Assembly: GCA_963667175.2 (NCBI GenBank)
Contig: CAXXXF010000006.1
Coordinates: 96,001 to 160,000 of the forward strand
DNA: 64,000 bases
From: Candidatus Latescibacterota bacterium
GTDB taxonomy: Bacteria; Latescibacterota; UBA2968; GCA-2709665
Direction of reading: 5' to 3'
Numbering within the stretch: position 1 is the stretch's first letter; every line of letters begins with the position of its first letter. Positions 26,177-36,361 of the stretch are shown piece by piece. Both the position numbers and the translations under genes were made by a program. Below the pieces are notes generated by a model that did no database searches, had not been told where the DNA came from, and worked only from the letters and a program-made list of their open reading frames with translations.

Positions 26177-26923
26177 TCACCTCTCCCCCCACCGATTTCG
26201 CAGTTCGATGACGGTCATCATGGTCATCTCTCCCGTGGGATCCAGTCCGGCGTCCGACTGGAACTTGCGCAATGCCTCCCGGGTGGCTGCGTTCAGTTCC
26301 CCGTCTACCGGTCCGGTTTCGTATCCCAGTCGATTCAGGATCGTCTGCGCCTCGTAGGTGTGCTCCGGCCCGGCGGGCATATCGGAGGCTTCGTCGGCTT
26401 CTTCGGGTTTCTCTTCAACCACCGCCGTGTCCTCCGAGATTAACACCCAGCGCAGGAGCCGGATCTCGAAGAAGACAGCCACGGTCGCGATCAACCACGG
26501 CAGGCCGAACAGCAGCGCGAACCCCCATCGTATCGCCAGGTCCCCTTCCCCGCCGACCGCCGTGCCGGAGCGATCGAGGACTTCGGGCGCAAGCAGATAG
26601 CGCATACACAACCAGAGTGCCGCGTGCACGAACGCGAGAACGATCGGCGTGCGGACCGGAACCCTGAGCGGCGACCTCGCGGGCCGCCAGAACCGGGCGA
26701 TCGCAAGGGTCCAGAAATCGACCAGCATCAGTAACAGCGGCGTCTCAGCGAGGAAACCGAGGGCCCGTTCAGTGGTACCGGATTCCCGAGTCCACGCCCA
26801 CCACGCTGGCGCCAGCAACGATACTGCCAGCACGATCCACGTGCCACCGCGAAGCAGCAGCGCGGTTCGAGAACGCTCAACAGTCGGCGCGGTGGGTCCG
26901 GGTTCAGGTTGAAGTCGGTTCAT
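26177..26923 (-). CDS. Membrane protein with C-terminal peptidoglycan-binding domain
   Basis: 4 TM segments; QTILNRLGY..GPVDG....TREALRKFQ..GLDPTG (PG_binding_1). Confidence 0.8.
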   Translation of the reverse strand: MNRLQPEPGPTAPTVERSRTALLLRGGTWIVLAVSLLAPAWWAWTRESGTTERALGFLAETPLLLMLVDFWTLAIARFWRPARSPLRVPVRTPIVLAFVHAALWLCMRYLLAPEVLDRSGTAVGGEGDLAIRWGFALLFGLPWLIATVAVFFEIRLLRWVLISEDTAVVEEKPEEADEASDMPAGPEHTYEAQTILNRLGYETGPVDGELNAATREALRKFQSDAGLDPTGEMTMMTVIELRNRWGER

Positions 26924-27039
26924 TGACAACGCTCCGTACTCTGCATTTTTCCTGTTCACCCTTCCGGGACGCAACTGACTTGGCTATATTGTAAAGTACC
27001 CGACCGCACCGTGTCCAGCAAACAATCGGGCCACGATCC

Positions 27040-29166
27040 ATGCGTCCACGATCCGAAATCCTGGCTGTCGAACTGGTTGACGGCAACCGGATGGCGTATT
27101 ATACGCGCGAAGGACGGGAGACCCATCCGTTTTCGCCGTGGCTGCTGGTCGAGGCGCCGGAGGACTGCGACAGGGCCGGCCTCTCGGGAGTCCGAAAAAT
27201 CGCGCGTCTCAGGGGCGCGGGACAGCTTCGTTATCTCGTTCGATTCCACTCCTGGAACGATTTCCTGGATGCCAGGGGAACACTGTCGGCAGACGGCATC
27301 ACCCATTTCGACTTCAACAATCCGGTGAAGCAGCACCTGCTGCTTTCAGGAAACACGCTCTTTCGGGGCCTGCGTTACAACGAGGTCCACAGGCTTCAAC
27401 TGGATATCGAGACCACCGGCTTGAATCCCGAAGCCCCGGACGCAGGGATTATCCTGGTCGCGCTTTCCGACAACAGGAACTACGAGGAAGTACTCGGCGC
27501 GGGGGAGACGTCCGAAGGCGCACTCCTCGAGGCCCTCAACCAGCGTATTCGAAGCCGCGATCCCGATATTGTCGAAGGTCACAACATATTCGACTTCGAC
27601 CTCAACTATATCCGGGTCCGTGCGCGAGCCCTGAACATCGGCCTGCCCTGGGGTCGCGACGGCTCGGAACTGAAAGCCGGGAACGGCATGCGCCGATACA
27701 GGGTCGCCGCCCGCAGCCGCACCTTTCGCCCGGCCTTCATTCACGGCCGCCACGTCATCGACACCTATCATCAGGTCCAGCGATACGACGTCGGCGGGCG
27801 TCTGGAGAGTTACGGCCTGAAGAACGTCATTCGCGCGTTGGGCCTGGAGCGCGCGGGCCGGGTGTTCGTCGAAGGAGCCGAAATCGGGAAGGCGTGGCGG
27901 ACCGATCCCGGCCGGGTGGTGGACTATGCGCTGGACGACGTCCGCGACGTACGTGCGTTAAGCGAAATGGTCGCCACAACAGAATTCTACCAGACCCAGG
28001 TGCTGCCTTACCGGTTTCAGGAAGCCGCGATTACCGGACCGGGCGAGAAGATCAACGCCCTGATGATCGGCGCCTATCTCAGGCGGGGCCTCGCCGTTCC
28101 GCGACCTCAGCACTCGGAGCCGTTCGGGGGCGGATATACCGAACTGTTTGCCTCGGGCATTTTCAACCGGGTTGTCAAGGCCGACGTGGAGAGCCTCTAC
28201 CCTTCCATCATGCTGAAGTACGGCATACGACCCGGTTCCGATACAGAAAACGTGTTCCTGCCGATGTTGCAACGCCTGACCGAACGACGCCTCAAGGCCA
28301 AATCCAGCCTGAATGACGCCGAAACAAATGCGGACCGGTCCTACTGGGACGGCGTTCAGGGAAGTTACAAGGTCCTGATCAATTCGTTCTACGGATACCT
28401 GGCGTACGGAAGGGCAAATTTCAATGACTACTCGGCGGCTGCGCGGATTACAACCCACGGCCAGCAGATTGCGCGGCGGCTTGTGACAATGCTCGGCGAA
28501 AGGAACGCCAGGCTCATCGAAGCCGATACCGACGGCGTGTATTTCGTCGTGCCCCCCGGAATCGAGACGGAACGGGACGAACACGACTTCGTTGACGCGC
28601 TGTCCGGAGAACTGCCGGAGGGCATTCACCTTTCCCACGACGGCAGGTTCCAGGGTATGATCAGCCTCAAGGCCAAGAACTACATTCTGATCGACTTCAG
28701 CGGACGCCTGATCATCAAGGGCAGCGGCTTGCGCAGCCGGCGTGACGAGCGCGTATTCCGTGAATTCGTCAGAAAACTCGCCCCGTTGTTGATCAACCGG
28801 CAGTCCGGCGCCGCGTCCGCCCTGTACAAGGAATTCGCCGACCGTCTTCAGGCGGGGCAATTCGACCGCGGGGAAATCTGTCGCAGGGAGACCGTTACCG
28901 AGAAGACATTCGCGAATCCGAACCTGCGTCGGCTGGCCGCTGCCGCGGAGGGATGTGAAGCAGGAGAAAGGATTGCCGTCTATCAGAGAAATGACGGCAG
29001 CCTCGCGCGAATCGAAAACTACGCCAACGACGAAGACCGGGGCTATCTTCTGCGACGACTGCACGATATGGCCGGGCGCTTCCGGGGCCTCTTCGGCGAG
29101 ATCGAATTCGATCGGCTCTTTCCGCTCCGGAAACAATCCACGGGTGAGCAACTCAGCCTGTTCTAA
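27040..29166 (+). CDS. polB: Family B DNA polymerase (Pol II-like)
   Basis: Exonuclease motifs DIETTG, GHNIFDFD, YALDD; polymerase motifs DVESLYPS, KVLINSFYGY, DTDG; C-terminal QLSLF. Confidence 0.92.
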   Translation: MRPRSEILAVELVDGNRMAYYTREGRETHPFSPWLLVEAPEDCDRAGLSGVRKIARLRGAGQLRYLVRFHSWNDFLDARGTLSADGITHFDFNNPVKQHLLLSGNTLFRGLRYNEVHRLQLDIETTGLNPEAPDAGIILVALSDNRNYEEVLGAGETSEGALLEALNQRIRSRDPDIVEGHNIFDFDLNYIRVRARALNIGLPWGRDGSELKAGNGMRRYRVAARSRTFRPAFIHGRHVIDTYHQVQRYDVGGRLESYGLKNVIRALGLERAGRVFVEGAEIGKAWRTDPGRVVDYALDDVRDVRALSEMVATTEFYQTQVLPYRFQEAAITGPGEKINALMIGAYLRRGLAVPRPQHSEPFGGGYTELFASGIFNRVVKADVESLYPSIMLKYGIRPGSDTENVFLPMLQRLTERRLKAKSSLNDAETNADRSYWDGVQGSYKVLINSFYGYLAYGRANFNDYSAAARITTHGQQIARRLVTMLGERNARLIEADTDGVYFVVPPGIETERDEHDFVDALSGELPEGIHLSHDGRFQGMISLKAKNYILIDFSGRLIIKGSGLRSRRDERVFREFVRKLAPLLINRQSGAASALYKEFADRLQAGQFDRGEICRRETVTEKTFANPNLRRLAAAAEGCEAGERIAVYQRNDGSLARIENYANDEDRGYLLRRLHDMAGRFRGLFGEIEFDRLFPLRKQSTGEQLSLF

Positions 29167-30457
29167 GGTCCCGCCCCGGGATTTCCCCGCAATCCTCCGG
29201 CCGAACCATCCCCTCTCTTCGGCTTCCGACGTGCTTCCAGAGAACCAGACCCAGCAGACAACCGAAGATCGCGGGTACAAGCGCCGTCAGTTCAGCGCCG
29301 TGGTAATGGTGCGCCAGAATTCCGGCGCCCGTTCCCGCCGCGACCAGAACCACCATCCACACCGCCGCTCGACCCTGCCCGTGGGAGGCGAGCAGGGCGG
29401 TATGCGCCAGGCCGCACAACACAAAAGGCGGCACACTCCAGACCAGCAGCCTCGCGTACGGGGCAGATGGCGCATATGCCTGACCCAGAAGCCAGGAAAC
29501 CGCCGATCCGAGCGTCACGTGAACGACGGCTGAAACACCGACGGCAACGCCGGTCAGCGTCACGGCGGACCGTGCAGCGAGTTTCATGAACGCATGCCGA
29601 TCGGGCCGCCTGGTGCTCAGGGCGGGCAGGACGGCCTCGAAACTCGCTCCGATCAGAATGAGCAGCGCCGCCGCCAGCCGGTACCCGACAGCCAGATACC
29701 CGGCTTCCGCGCCGCCACCGGTCTGATAATACATCGTGAGGTAATTCAGATTCAACAGGTTGATGAGGAAATAGACCGCGGGCAGATGCTTCAACCCTTC
29801 CACAATCCGACGCCGGTTAAATTCCGGACGCACAAACTGAGGAAATTCACCCGCCACCCGCCGTACAAACGCGACTCCGGCGGCAAGATACAGTGCACGG
29901 CAGACCAGAAAGCAAATCCCGATGCCCACCAGATCCCATCCGGCAATCATCGCGCCGATCCCGCCTGCCAGCAACAGGACGTTGGCTCCGAGCATAAGCA
30001 CGGCGCATGGTCCGGATCGCTGGAGACCCTTGAAAACGGCATTGATCCCGTCCCCCATGCTCATCAACACCGTCGAACCACCTACAAGAAGCACGGCCAG
30101 CGTCACGACGGGCCCGGTACCGAAAGCCCAGGCGGCCCCCACCATCGCCGCCAGCACAGGAAGCGCCAGCGCCATCTTGAAGGACAGGGCCTCAGAACAC
30201 GCGATTCGACCCTCTGTCACACTTGATGCCGAGGCCTTGATGACCCGGTTGTGCGATCCCGCATCCAGCAGCGGAACAAAAAAAGCGGTCAGGCCAATGA
30301 CGAAGACGTAGTCGGCCAGCCCGCTCTCCCCGAGAAGACGCGCCACACCCACCAGAAGCAGCATCCCTCCCAGCAGGTGGGCGCCTTTTTCCACGGTGAT
30401 GAAGATCGAATTCTCCGAAACCCGCGCCAACGTCCCCTCCCATGCCGCCAGAAACAC
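29153..30457 (-). CDS. Oligosaccharide flippase / MOP-family exporter
   Basis: About 12 TM segments; ARLLG...DAG pattern of Wzx-like proteins. Confidence 0.75.
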   Translation of the reverse strand: MFLAAWEGTLARVSENSIFITVEKGAHLLGGMLLLVGVARLLGESGLADYVFVIGLTAFFVPLLDAGSHNRVIKASASSVTEGRIACSEALSFKMALALPVLAAMVGAAWAFGTGPVVTLAVLLVGGSTVLMSMGDGINAVFKGLQRSGPCAVLMLGANVLLLAGGIGAMIAGWDLVGIGICFLVCRALYLAAGVAFVRRVAGEFPQFVRPEFNRRRIVEGLKHLPAVYFLINLLNLNYLTMYYQTGGGAEAGYLAVGYRLAAALLILIGASFEAVLPALSTRRPDRHAFMKLAARSAVTLTGVAVGVSAVVHVTLGSAVSWLLGQAYAPSAPYARLLVWSVPPFVLCGLAHTALLASHGQGRAAVWMVVLVAAGTGAGILAHHYHGAELTALVPAIFGCLLGLVLWKHVGSRREGMVRPEDCGEIPGRDLRTG

Positions 30458-30509
30458 GAAAAGCAGGTCAACGCCTGCTTTTCACGTCATCGACCTGCGT
30501 GATAATTCC

Positions 30510-31229
30510 TCACAATTCAAAGCCGAGACGGTCGTCCACACGCACGGTTACGGTATCGGGTTCGCTGGTGATTGCGCCCTCCGCGACGAGGACGTCGTCA
30601 CGGACGCGCAATTCAAAGACAAAGTCGGCGGGAGCGACGGCCCGGAAGATGGGCATGCTGTTCGCGGCGTCGAAATCGACCCCGGGGCCCTCAAGCTGTG
30701 TCCACGTATACCGGAGCGGGTCCCGTTCCGGGTCCGAACTGCCGGCGCCGTCCAGTGTCACCTGGAGACCGCTCGAATAGGGAATGGTGCGATCCATTCC
30801 CGCATTCGCGACGGGCGGACCCTGGGTCACGTGAATTTCAACCATCCCCTCCGTCTTGACGCCGGACTTCCCGTCATCCACCTCAACCTTGAGCGTATAG
30901 ACGCCCACCGCCACAGGCGCCGTCCAGACCACGGTCACGGAATCCTGAAAGAGCCCCCGCAATGAATCCAACTTGCTTTCATCGAAGTGCCCGCCCTCCT
31001 CTTTCTTAAGGTCCGTCCAGAGATAGTCCAGTTCGTCGTTGTCCGCGTCGTTCGTGAAGAGCGTAATCTGAACCTTGCTTCCGCGCCCTACGGATGGATA
31101 GTCATCCTGGTCCGTGGTAAGCGCCACAATCTGCGGCTGTTCCTGTCTGTCCAGGAGGCCGCACCCCGTTAGAGGAAACAAGCAAGCCAACGCCAGTGTC
31201 CAGCGCACGATATCCCTCAGAAGAATCAT
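30510..31229 (-). CDS. Lipoprotein with Ig-like/PKD domains
   Basis: Lipobox LTGC; PPVANAG.D, LDGAGSSDPE, YTWTQ. Confidence 0.8.
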   Translation of the reverse strand: MILLRDIVRWTLALACLFPLTGCGLLDRQEQPQIVALTTDQDDYPSVGRGSKVQITLFTNDADNDELDYLWTDLKKEEGGHFDESKLDSLRGLFQDSVTVVWTAPVAVGVYTLKVEVDDGKSGVKTEGMVEIHVTQGPPVANAGMDRTIPYSSGLQVTLDGAGSSDPERDPLRYTWTQLEGPGVDFDAANSMPIFRAVAPADFVFELRVRDDVLVAEGAITSEPDTVTVRVDDRLGFEL

Positions 31230-31440
31230 GACGGGCGAGACAACCTCTGTGACCGGGTTCGCCCTGGGTTTCAACGAGACATTGTCAGGACCGGATTGGA
31301 ACACCAGTTCTAACTCACTGGCCGCAACGGAGTTCCATCAAACGACCGGGGCGTTCGCGTAAGCCGGCGCCGAATCGGCCACCGGGCCGGAATACATCGG
31401 CTGAACGGGCGCTGATCCGTACACCCGAATGCGGGGAAAC

Positions 31441-32073
31441 TCAGTCGCTTTCCTTCAGCAGCATCTTCAGGTCCGGGAGCAGTTTCTTCGGGAGGCCCGG
31501 GTCGGTCCCGTCGTAGTAGGCCCGAACCCGCCCCTTCCTGTCCACCAGCGCAAAGCGCAGGCTGTGCATGATCTGGTCCGTGCCTTCTTCCACGCCTCCC
31601 ACGCCCAGTTGAAAGCCTTCGCGTATGACGCCGTACACCCGGGGCTTCTCGCCCGTCAGAAAAAGCCAGCGATCCTCGTCCGCGAGATAACGGTCGGCGT
31701 ACTCGGAAAGCACGGGGGGCGTATCCCGTTCCGGATCCACCGAAAAAGACACCAGCCGTGCGTCCTTGTATTTCCTCAGCGGCGCCTGAAGCGCCTGCAT
31801 ATTGGCCGACAGCAGCGGGCACGGACCCGCGCAATGAGTGAAGATAAAGTCCGCAACCCAGACCCGGCCAAGCAGATCCGAAAGACCCATTCCCCTGCCA
31901 CTGCGTTCCAGGAGGGTAAACTCCGGAACCTGGCTCAGAACCGGCAGGCGCTGCGATTGCGCCCGTATGGCCTTTAGCTCACGCAGGAACAAAAACGCCC
32001 CCACGGTCAGCATCAAAAGAGTCGCCCCAGCCAGCACCAGCCAGAAAACACGGACCTGTCGGGGTACACCCAT
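31441..32073 (-). CDS. SCO1/SenC copper chaperone
   Basis: FIFTHCAGPCP (CxxxC), SVDPERDTP, conserved His (IMHS). Confidence 0.92.
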   Translation of the reverse strand: MGVPRQVRVFWLVLAGATLLMLTVGAFLFLRELKAIRAQSQRLPVLSQVPEFTLLERSGRGMGLSDLLGRVWVADFIFTHCAGPCPLLSANMQALQAPLRKYKDARLVSFSVDPERDTPPVLSEYADRYLADEDRWLFLTGEKPRVYGVIREGFQLGVGGVEEGTDQIMHSLRFALVDRKGRVRAYYDGTDPGLPKKLLPDLKMLLKESD

Positions 32074-32078
32074 CGGTT

Positions 32079-32888
32079 TTACCGCGCTCCTTCCCGTCGT
32101 TTGATCACACCCAGGGAAACGCTCAACGTCAACAGAACAAACAGACACGTCACCAGAAGGCAGGTCTCCGGCGACGGAACCTGCCCCGTCAGTTCAGGCG
32201 CATGGAGATACAGCATGTGCCGGACACCGGCGACGCCGTACGTCAGCGGATTGATCCGCATCACCCACGCGAGCCATTCCGGCACGCCGGAAAGCGGAAA
32301 CAATGCCCCGGAAAGCGCCCACATCGGCAACAGGAAGAGGTTCATAATGGCATGGAAACCGGCCGTGGACGCCATTCGCCACGCAATTGCGAAACCAAGG
32401 CCCGTCAGCGCCAGGCCCACCAGAAACAGAAATGCCACCGTTGCGACGAGAGAGACAGGGCTGACCGGAATATCCAGCTGGAATACGAACAACAGGAACA
32501 CCACCCCTTCCAGCACCGCCAGCGTCGTTCCCCCCAGCACCTTGCCGATGACCACCCCGCTCGGGGAAACCGGGGCAACCAGCACGGCTTGCATGAACCC
32601 CTCTCTCCGGTCCTCAACCACCGAAATGGTGGAAAAGATGGCCGTAAAGAGCAAGACCATCAGCAGCGCGCCCGGATAGATGTATTCCAGGTAACTCATC
32701 GTGCCGGCCATCCCGGCGGGCGAGAAAGACGCGCTCATTCCAATGCCCAGCAGCAGCCAGAACACAAACGGCTGCAGGATCGCGCCAAGCAGCCGGTGCC
32801 GGTCCCTGACGAATCGCACAAGTTCCCGTCGCCACAGTGTCGCCGCGGGCAGGAAAAACCCTTCACCGCGCCTCACGTCATCCGGCAT
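32079..32888 (-). CDS. ABC-2 type transporter permease
   Basis: DRREGF..VLVAP, LSGALFP, NPLTYGV. Confidence 0.9.
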   Translation of the reverse strand: MPDDVRRGEGFFLPAATLWRRELVRFVRDRHRLLGAILQPFVFWLLLGIGMSASFSPAGMAGTMSYLEYIYPGALLMVLLFTAIFSTISVVEDRREGFMQAVLVAPVSPSGVVIGKVLGGTTLAVLEGVVFLLFVFQLDIPVSPVSLVATVAFLFLVGLALTGLGFAIAWRMASTAGFHAIMNLFLLPMWALSGALFPLSGVPEWLAWVMRINPLTYGVAGVRHMLYLHAPELTGQVPSPETCLLVTCLFVLLTLSVSLGVIKRREGAR

Positions 32889-33819
32889 TGCCGCCCTCCC
32901 CCGTTGCGAACGGACGCCCCGTCTCCCGGATGAACACGTCCTCCAACGTGGGCCTTCCCAGCCTGATTGCGGAAATCCGTTCCCGGAAACCGGCGTACAG
33001 TGAAGCCATCATTGCCTGTCCGTCGTCGCACTCAATCCGCACCGTACCGTCGACGAGCACGGTGGACGCGTTCAACTGCGCTTCGATATCGGCTTTCAGT
33101 GCCTCCGTATGATCGGCTTCGATCACCACCACGTCTTTGTTCATCGAACGCTTCAGTGCCTCCGGCGCGCCCTCCGCGACAAGCCGCCCCCGATCCAGAA
33201 TGCCCACGCGGTCGCACCGCTCCGCTTCCTCGATGAAATGCGTGGTCAACAGCACGGTGACACCCCGCTCCCCCCGCAGTCTTCGTAGATCGTCCCACAT
33301 TGCCCTGCGCGCCAGCGGGTCCAATCCACTGGAGGGTTCGTCGAACAACAGCAGTTCCGGACGGTGCAACAGCCCCCTCGCCAGGTCCACCCGCCTCCGC
33401 AGGCCGCCGGAAAGGTCCTCGGTCCGATCGTCCCTGCGATCCGCCAGGCGGACCGTCCGGAGCGCCGATTCGATCCGCTCCTGCAGGCTTCGTCCTCGCA
33501 GGCCGTATAGATGGCCCTGGTGGCGCAGGTTCTCGAAGGCCGTCAGCTTGAGGTCCAGGCTGGCATGCTGAAACACGACCCCGATGCGCGCCCGTATTCC
33601 CGCAGAATCCCGCAGGGGATCGCGTCCCAATATTCGTACCGTGCCGTCGGTGGGTTCGAGAAGGGTCGTAAGGACGCGGAAGAGCGTTGTTTTCCCGCCG
33701 CCGTTCGGGCCGAGCATGCCATAGACTTCCCCCTTCTCAATTCGAAGATTGATCCCGTCCAGCGCCATCCGATCACCGTAACGATGGCGCAACCCGGAAA
33801 CGGCTATGGCAGGCGACAC
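32878..33819 (-). CDS. ABC transporter ATP-binding protein (DrrA/NodI-like)
   Basis: GPNGGGKTT, LSGG, LLLFDEP, TTH. Confidence 0.92.
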   Translation of the reverse strand: MSPAIAVSGLRHRYGDRMALDGINLRIEKGEVYGMLGPNGGGKTTLFRVLTTLLEPTDGTVRILGRDPLRDSAGIRARIGVVFQHASLDLKLTAFENLRHQGHLYGLRGRSLQERIESALRTVRLADRRDDRTEDLSGGLRRRVDLARGLLHRPELLLFDEPSSGLDPLARRAMWDDLRRLRGERGVTVLLTTHFIEEAERCDRVGILDRGRLVAEGAPEALKRSMNKDVVVIEADHTEALKADIEAQLNASTVLVDGTVRIECDDGQAMMASLYAGFRERISAIRLGRPTLEDVFIRETGRPFATGEGGNAG

Positions 33820-33916
33820 TGAGACTCCCTACCGAAAATGTTCATGACCCGAAAAGAGAAAGGTGATAGGCTGCCCCTATCACCCGGAACGACGTGGCTT
33901 GCGTAACCCCATCCCA

Positions 33917-34822
33917 TTACAGGAACGTATCGAACAGCAGGGCGATCCAGAGCAGGGGCAGATAAACCAGCGTCGTGCGCAGCAGCCGTCTCGCGTTCTG
34001 CTCGGACCGGGCGCCGGCAAACGCAATTACGGAATACAGGAGGCAGAGTCCCGCGGCCGCGGCCGCGGCGGCATAGACCAAACCGCACAGACCCGCAATC
34101 CACGGAAGCACGGAACAGGCCAGCAGGACCGCGCTGTAGACGGCGATCTGACCGGCCGTTCGCCGGCCGGCCGGATCGTCCGTGGAAATCATCTTGAATC
34201 CGCCGCGAACGTAATCGTCCCTGTAGATCCAGGCGATGGAGAAAAAGTGCGGGAACTGCCAGAAGAACAGAATACCGAACAGCATCCACGCGCCGCTGCC
34301 GATCTCTCCCTGCGCCGCGGCCCAGCCGCCCATGGGCGGCAACGCCCCCGCGACGGCGCCGACGGCGGTATTGTGCGTGGACACCCGCTTCAGCGGCGTA
34401 TACGCGAACAGATAGATTGCCGAGGTCAACGCCGCCAGAAAACCGGCAAGCCAGTTGATCTGCAGCCCCATATAGAGAATGCCGGTTCCGGACAGCAGGA
34501 GACCGAACAGATAGGCTTCTTCCGGATAGAGGCGACCGGCAGGCAGGGGCCTGCTCGCGGTACGTTCCATCCGTGCATCCAACTTCCGCTCCAGAAACTG
34601 GTTCAGCACCGCGGACCCGCTTGCGATCAGGACCGTCGCCAACAGTGTATGCAGAAGCCGGGAAAACTCGAAAACGCCGGCCGCGCCCAGAACGAACCCA
34701 ACCGTTGTGCTCAGGACGACGAAAACGGTGATTTTGGGCTTGGTGAGGGTCAAATAATCCATCAGGCGCGCCCACGACAAAGCCGGACTCGCCGCCCCGG
34801 TTTCAACCCGCGGTTTCATCAA
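33917..34822 (-). CDS. ctaB: Protoheme IX farnesyltransferase (heme o synthase)
   Basis: LTKPKI, DARMERTASRPLPAGR, YTPLKR, WQFPHF. Confidence 0.95.
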   Translation of the reverse strand: MMKPRVETGAASPALSWARLMDYLTLTKPKITVFVVLSTTVGFVLGAAGVFEFSRLLHTLLATVLIASGSAVLNQFLERKLDARMERTASRPLPAGRLYPEEAYLFGLLLSGTGILYMGLQINWLAGFLAALTSAIYLFAYTPLKRVSTHNTAVGAVAGALPPMGGWAAAQGEIGSGAWMLFGILFFWQFPHFFSIAWIYRDDYVRGGFKMISTDDPAGRRTAGQIAVYSAVLLACSVLPWIAGLCGLVYAAAAAAAGLCLLYSVIAFAGARSEQNARRLLRTTLVYLPLLWIALLFDTFL

Positions 34823-34854
34823 TCAAGGACCTCCAGCACTCGCCGATCAGCGTC

Positions 34855-35844
34855 TTATGATGCGATCCAGGTATTGCGCGCGGCGCCCGTCCGCCATACG
34901 CGAAGCGTCAGCACCAGGCTGGTTCCCAACACCGCGGCGCCCACGACCACGTGCAACGTCGTAACCGCGACCGCCTTGCCGGTCCAGATCACCAGGGCGC
35001 CCAGCGCGAGCTGAACAACAAGCAGCGCCAGCAACGCCACGGAGGGTCTCGTCAGTTCGGATCGGGTTTCGTGGGCGCGCAGGACACGGCACGCGGTCCA
35101 GACCAGAACTACGGACACCACGACCGCCCACGCCCGATGGGTAAAGTGAATGGCCACTCGGGTCCGGAACGTGTCGATCGAGATGGGAAACGGATCCGTT
35201 GCATCGACAGTCAATTCCGAAAAGGGCGGAATCACGCGGCCGAAGGAAAGCGGGAAATCGGGAATGGCCAGGCCGGATTCCGTATGCCGCATCAGCGCGC
35301 CGAGGATCAGCTGAATGAAAACCACCGCCGTGCCGGCTGCGGCCAGCCATTTCAGCGGCGCCCCGCCCGTCTCCGACAACGGCTCCGCAGCCGCCTGCCA
35401 GCCGGCCGACGTAAACAGCGCGATGCCCACGATCAGGCAGAAAAAGGCCTGCGCCAGGCAGGCGTGGCTTACGGAGATCCACGTGGGCAGGAGATAGAGC
35501 ACCGTCAGGCCGCCCAGCAGCCCTTGCAGGACAATTGCGGCCAGGGCCGCCGCGCCCAGGTTCCGCAACCAGCGCCGTTCTTCCCGGCGCCACAGCCAGA
35601 TGGCAAGAACCGTGGTCAGCACCCCCACGAACGTCGCCACCATCCGATGGCCGTGTTCGTAGAATATCCCGCCGACCATGGGCGGGAATACCATACCGTA
35701 GGAAAGCGGCCAGTCCGGAACCGCCAGTCCCGAACCCGTGCTGCTGACCATCGCGCCGGCGAAAATTAAAAAAAGGGTGGCGCCGGCCGTGAACACGGAA
35801 AACCGGTGCAGCCAGCGATACCCCTGCGACGTTGCGATATCCAC
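34855..35844 (-). CDS. ctaA: Heme a synthase (COX15/CtaA)
   Basis: GSGLAVPDWP, EHGHR, HACLAQ, HFTHR, LHV. Confidence 0.9.
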   Translation of the reverse strand: MDIATSQGYRWLHRFSVFTAGATLFLIFAGAMVSSTGSGLAVPDWPLSYGMVFPPMVGGIFYEHGHRMVATFVGVLTTVLAIWLWRREERRWLRNLGAAALAAIVLQGLLGGLTVLYLLPTWISVSHACLAQAFFCLIVGIALFTSAGWQAAAEPLSETGGAPLKWLAAAGTAVVFIQLILGALMRHTESGLAIPDFPLSFGRVIPPFSELTVDATDPFPISIDTFRTRVAIHFTHRAWAVVVSVVLVWTACRVLRAHETRSELTRPSVALLALLVVQLALGALVIWTGKAVAVTTLHVVVGAAVLGTSLVLTLRVWRTGAARNTWIAS

Positions 35845-35872
35845 TTCCGTTCTGCCTGTCCGCCGTCCCCGC

Positions 35873-36157
35873 TCATTCCGCGTCGGCGGCAAGCCATTTG
35901 CCGTTCATACCGAGAATTCCCGGTTGTCGTTTCGAATGACGTCGCGCCCGGCGCATCCAGAAGACCGCCACACCCGCAATACCCACCAGCACGGACACGA
36001 CAATACCCATGAGCACCAGAACCCCGGCCGCCGCGCCCTTTGCCATATCCGATTCCGGATCCCCGTAACACACGGCGCACGCCTGAAGGGCCTCGGGAAT
36101 CGTCAGCGCTCCGCTAACAGCCGTTGCAATCCAGGCACGCTTCACAGATAACTCCAT
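35873..36157 (-). CDS. Small oxidase-associated membrane protein with CxxC
   Basis: Signal-like N-terminus, ACAVCYG, one TM. Confidence 0.65.
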   Translation of the reverse strand: MELSVKRAWIATAVSGALTIPEALQACAVCYGDPESDMAKGAAAGVLVLMGIVVSVLVGIAGVAVFWMRRARRHSKRQPGILGMNGKWLAADAE

Positions 36158-36348
36158 CCCTTGAGCTTCTTCAGAAACCAGAGGCCGTACCAGACCAGGA
36201 CGACGCTCCCGGCAAATGAACCGATGCCAAGTCCGAGATTCGTCCCGTTGCCGGTCGCAGCGTAATCCTGAATCGCCCAGATCCCGAAACCCAGGCAGCA
36301 GAGTATCGACACAATGACAAAGACCACGTGGAATGCCTTGAGTGACAT
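36142..36348 (-). CDS. Small two-TM protein in the oxidase operon
   Basis: MSLKAFHVVF..., two hydrophobic helices, GGAG RBS. Confidence 0.65.
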   Translation of the reverse strand: MSLKAFHVVFVIVSILCCLGFGIWAIQDYAATGNGTNLGLGIGSFAGSVVLVWYGLWFLKKLKGWSYL

Positions 36349-36361
36349 CGCGTTCTCCGAT

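Noticed and set aside
27040-29166. PolB as the marker of a prophage, casposon or pipolin
   Set aside because: No integrase, cas1, terminal repeats or virion genes nearby; it has host-like GC and a clamp-binding motif.
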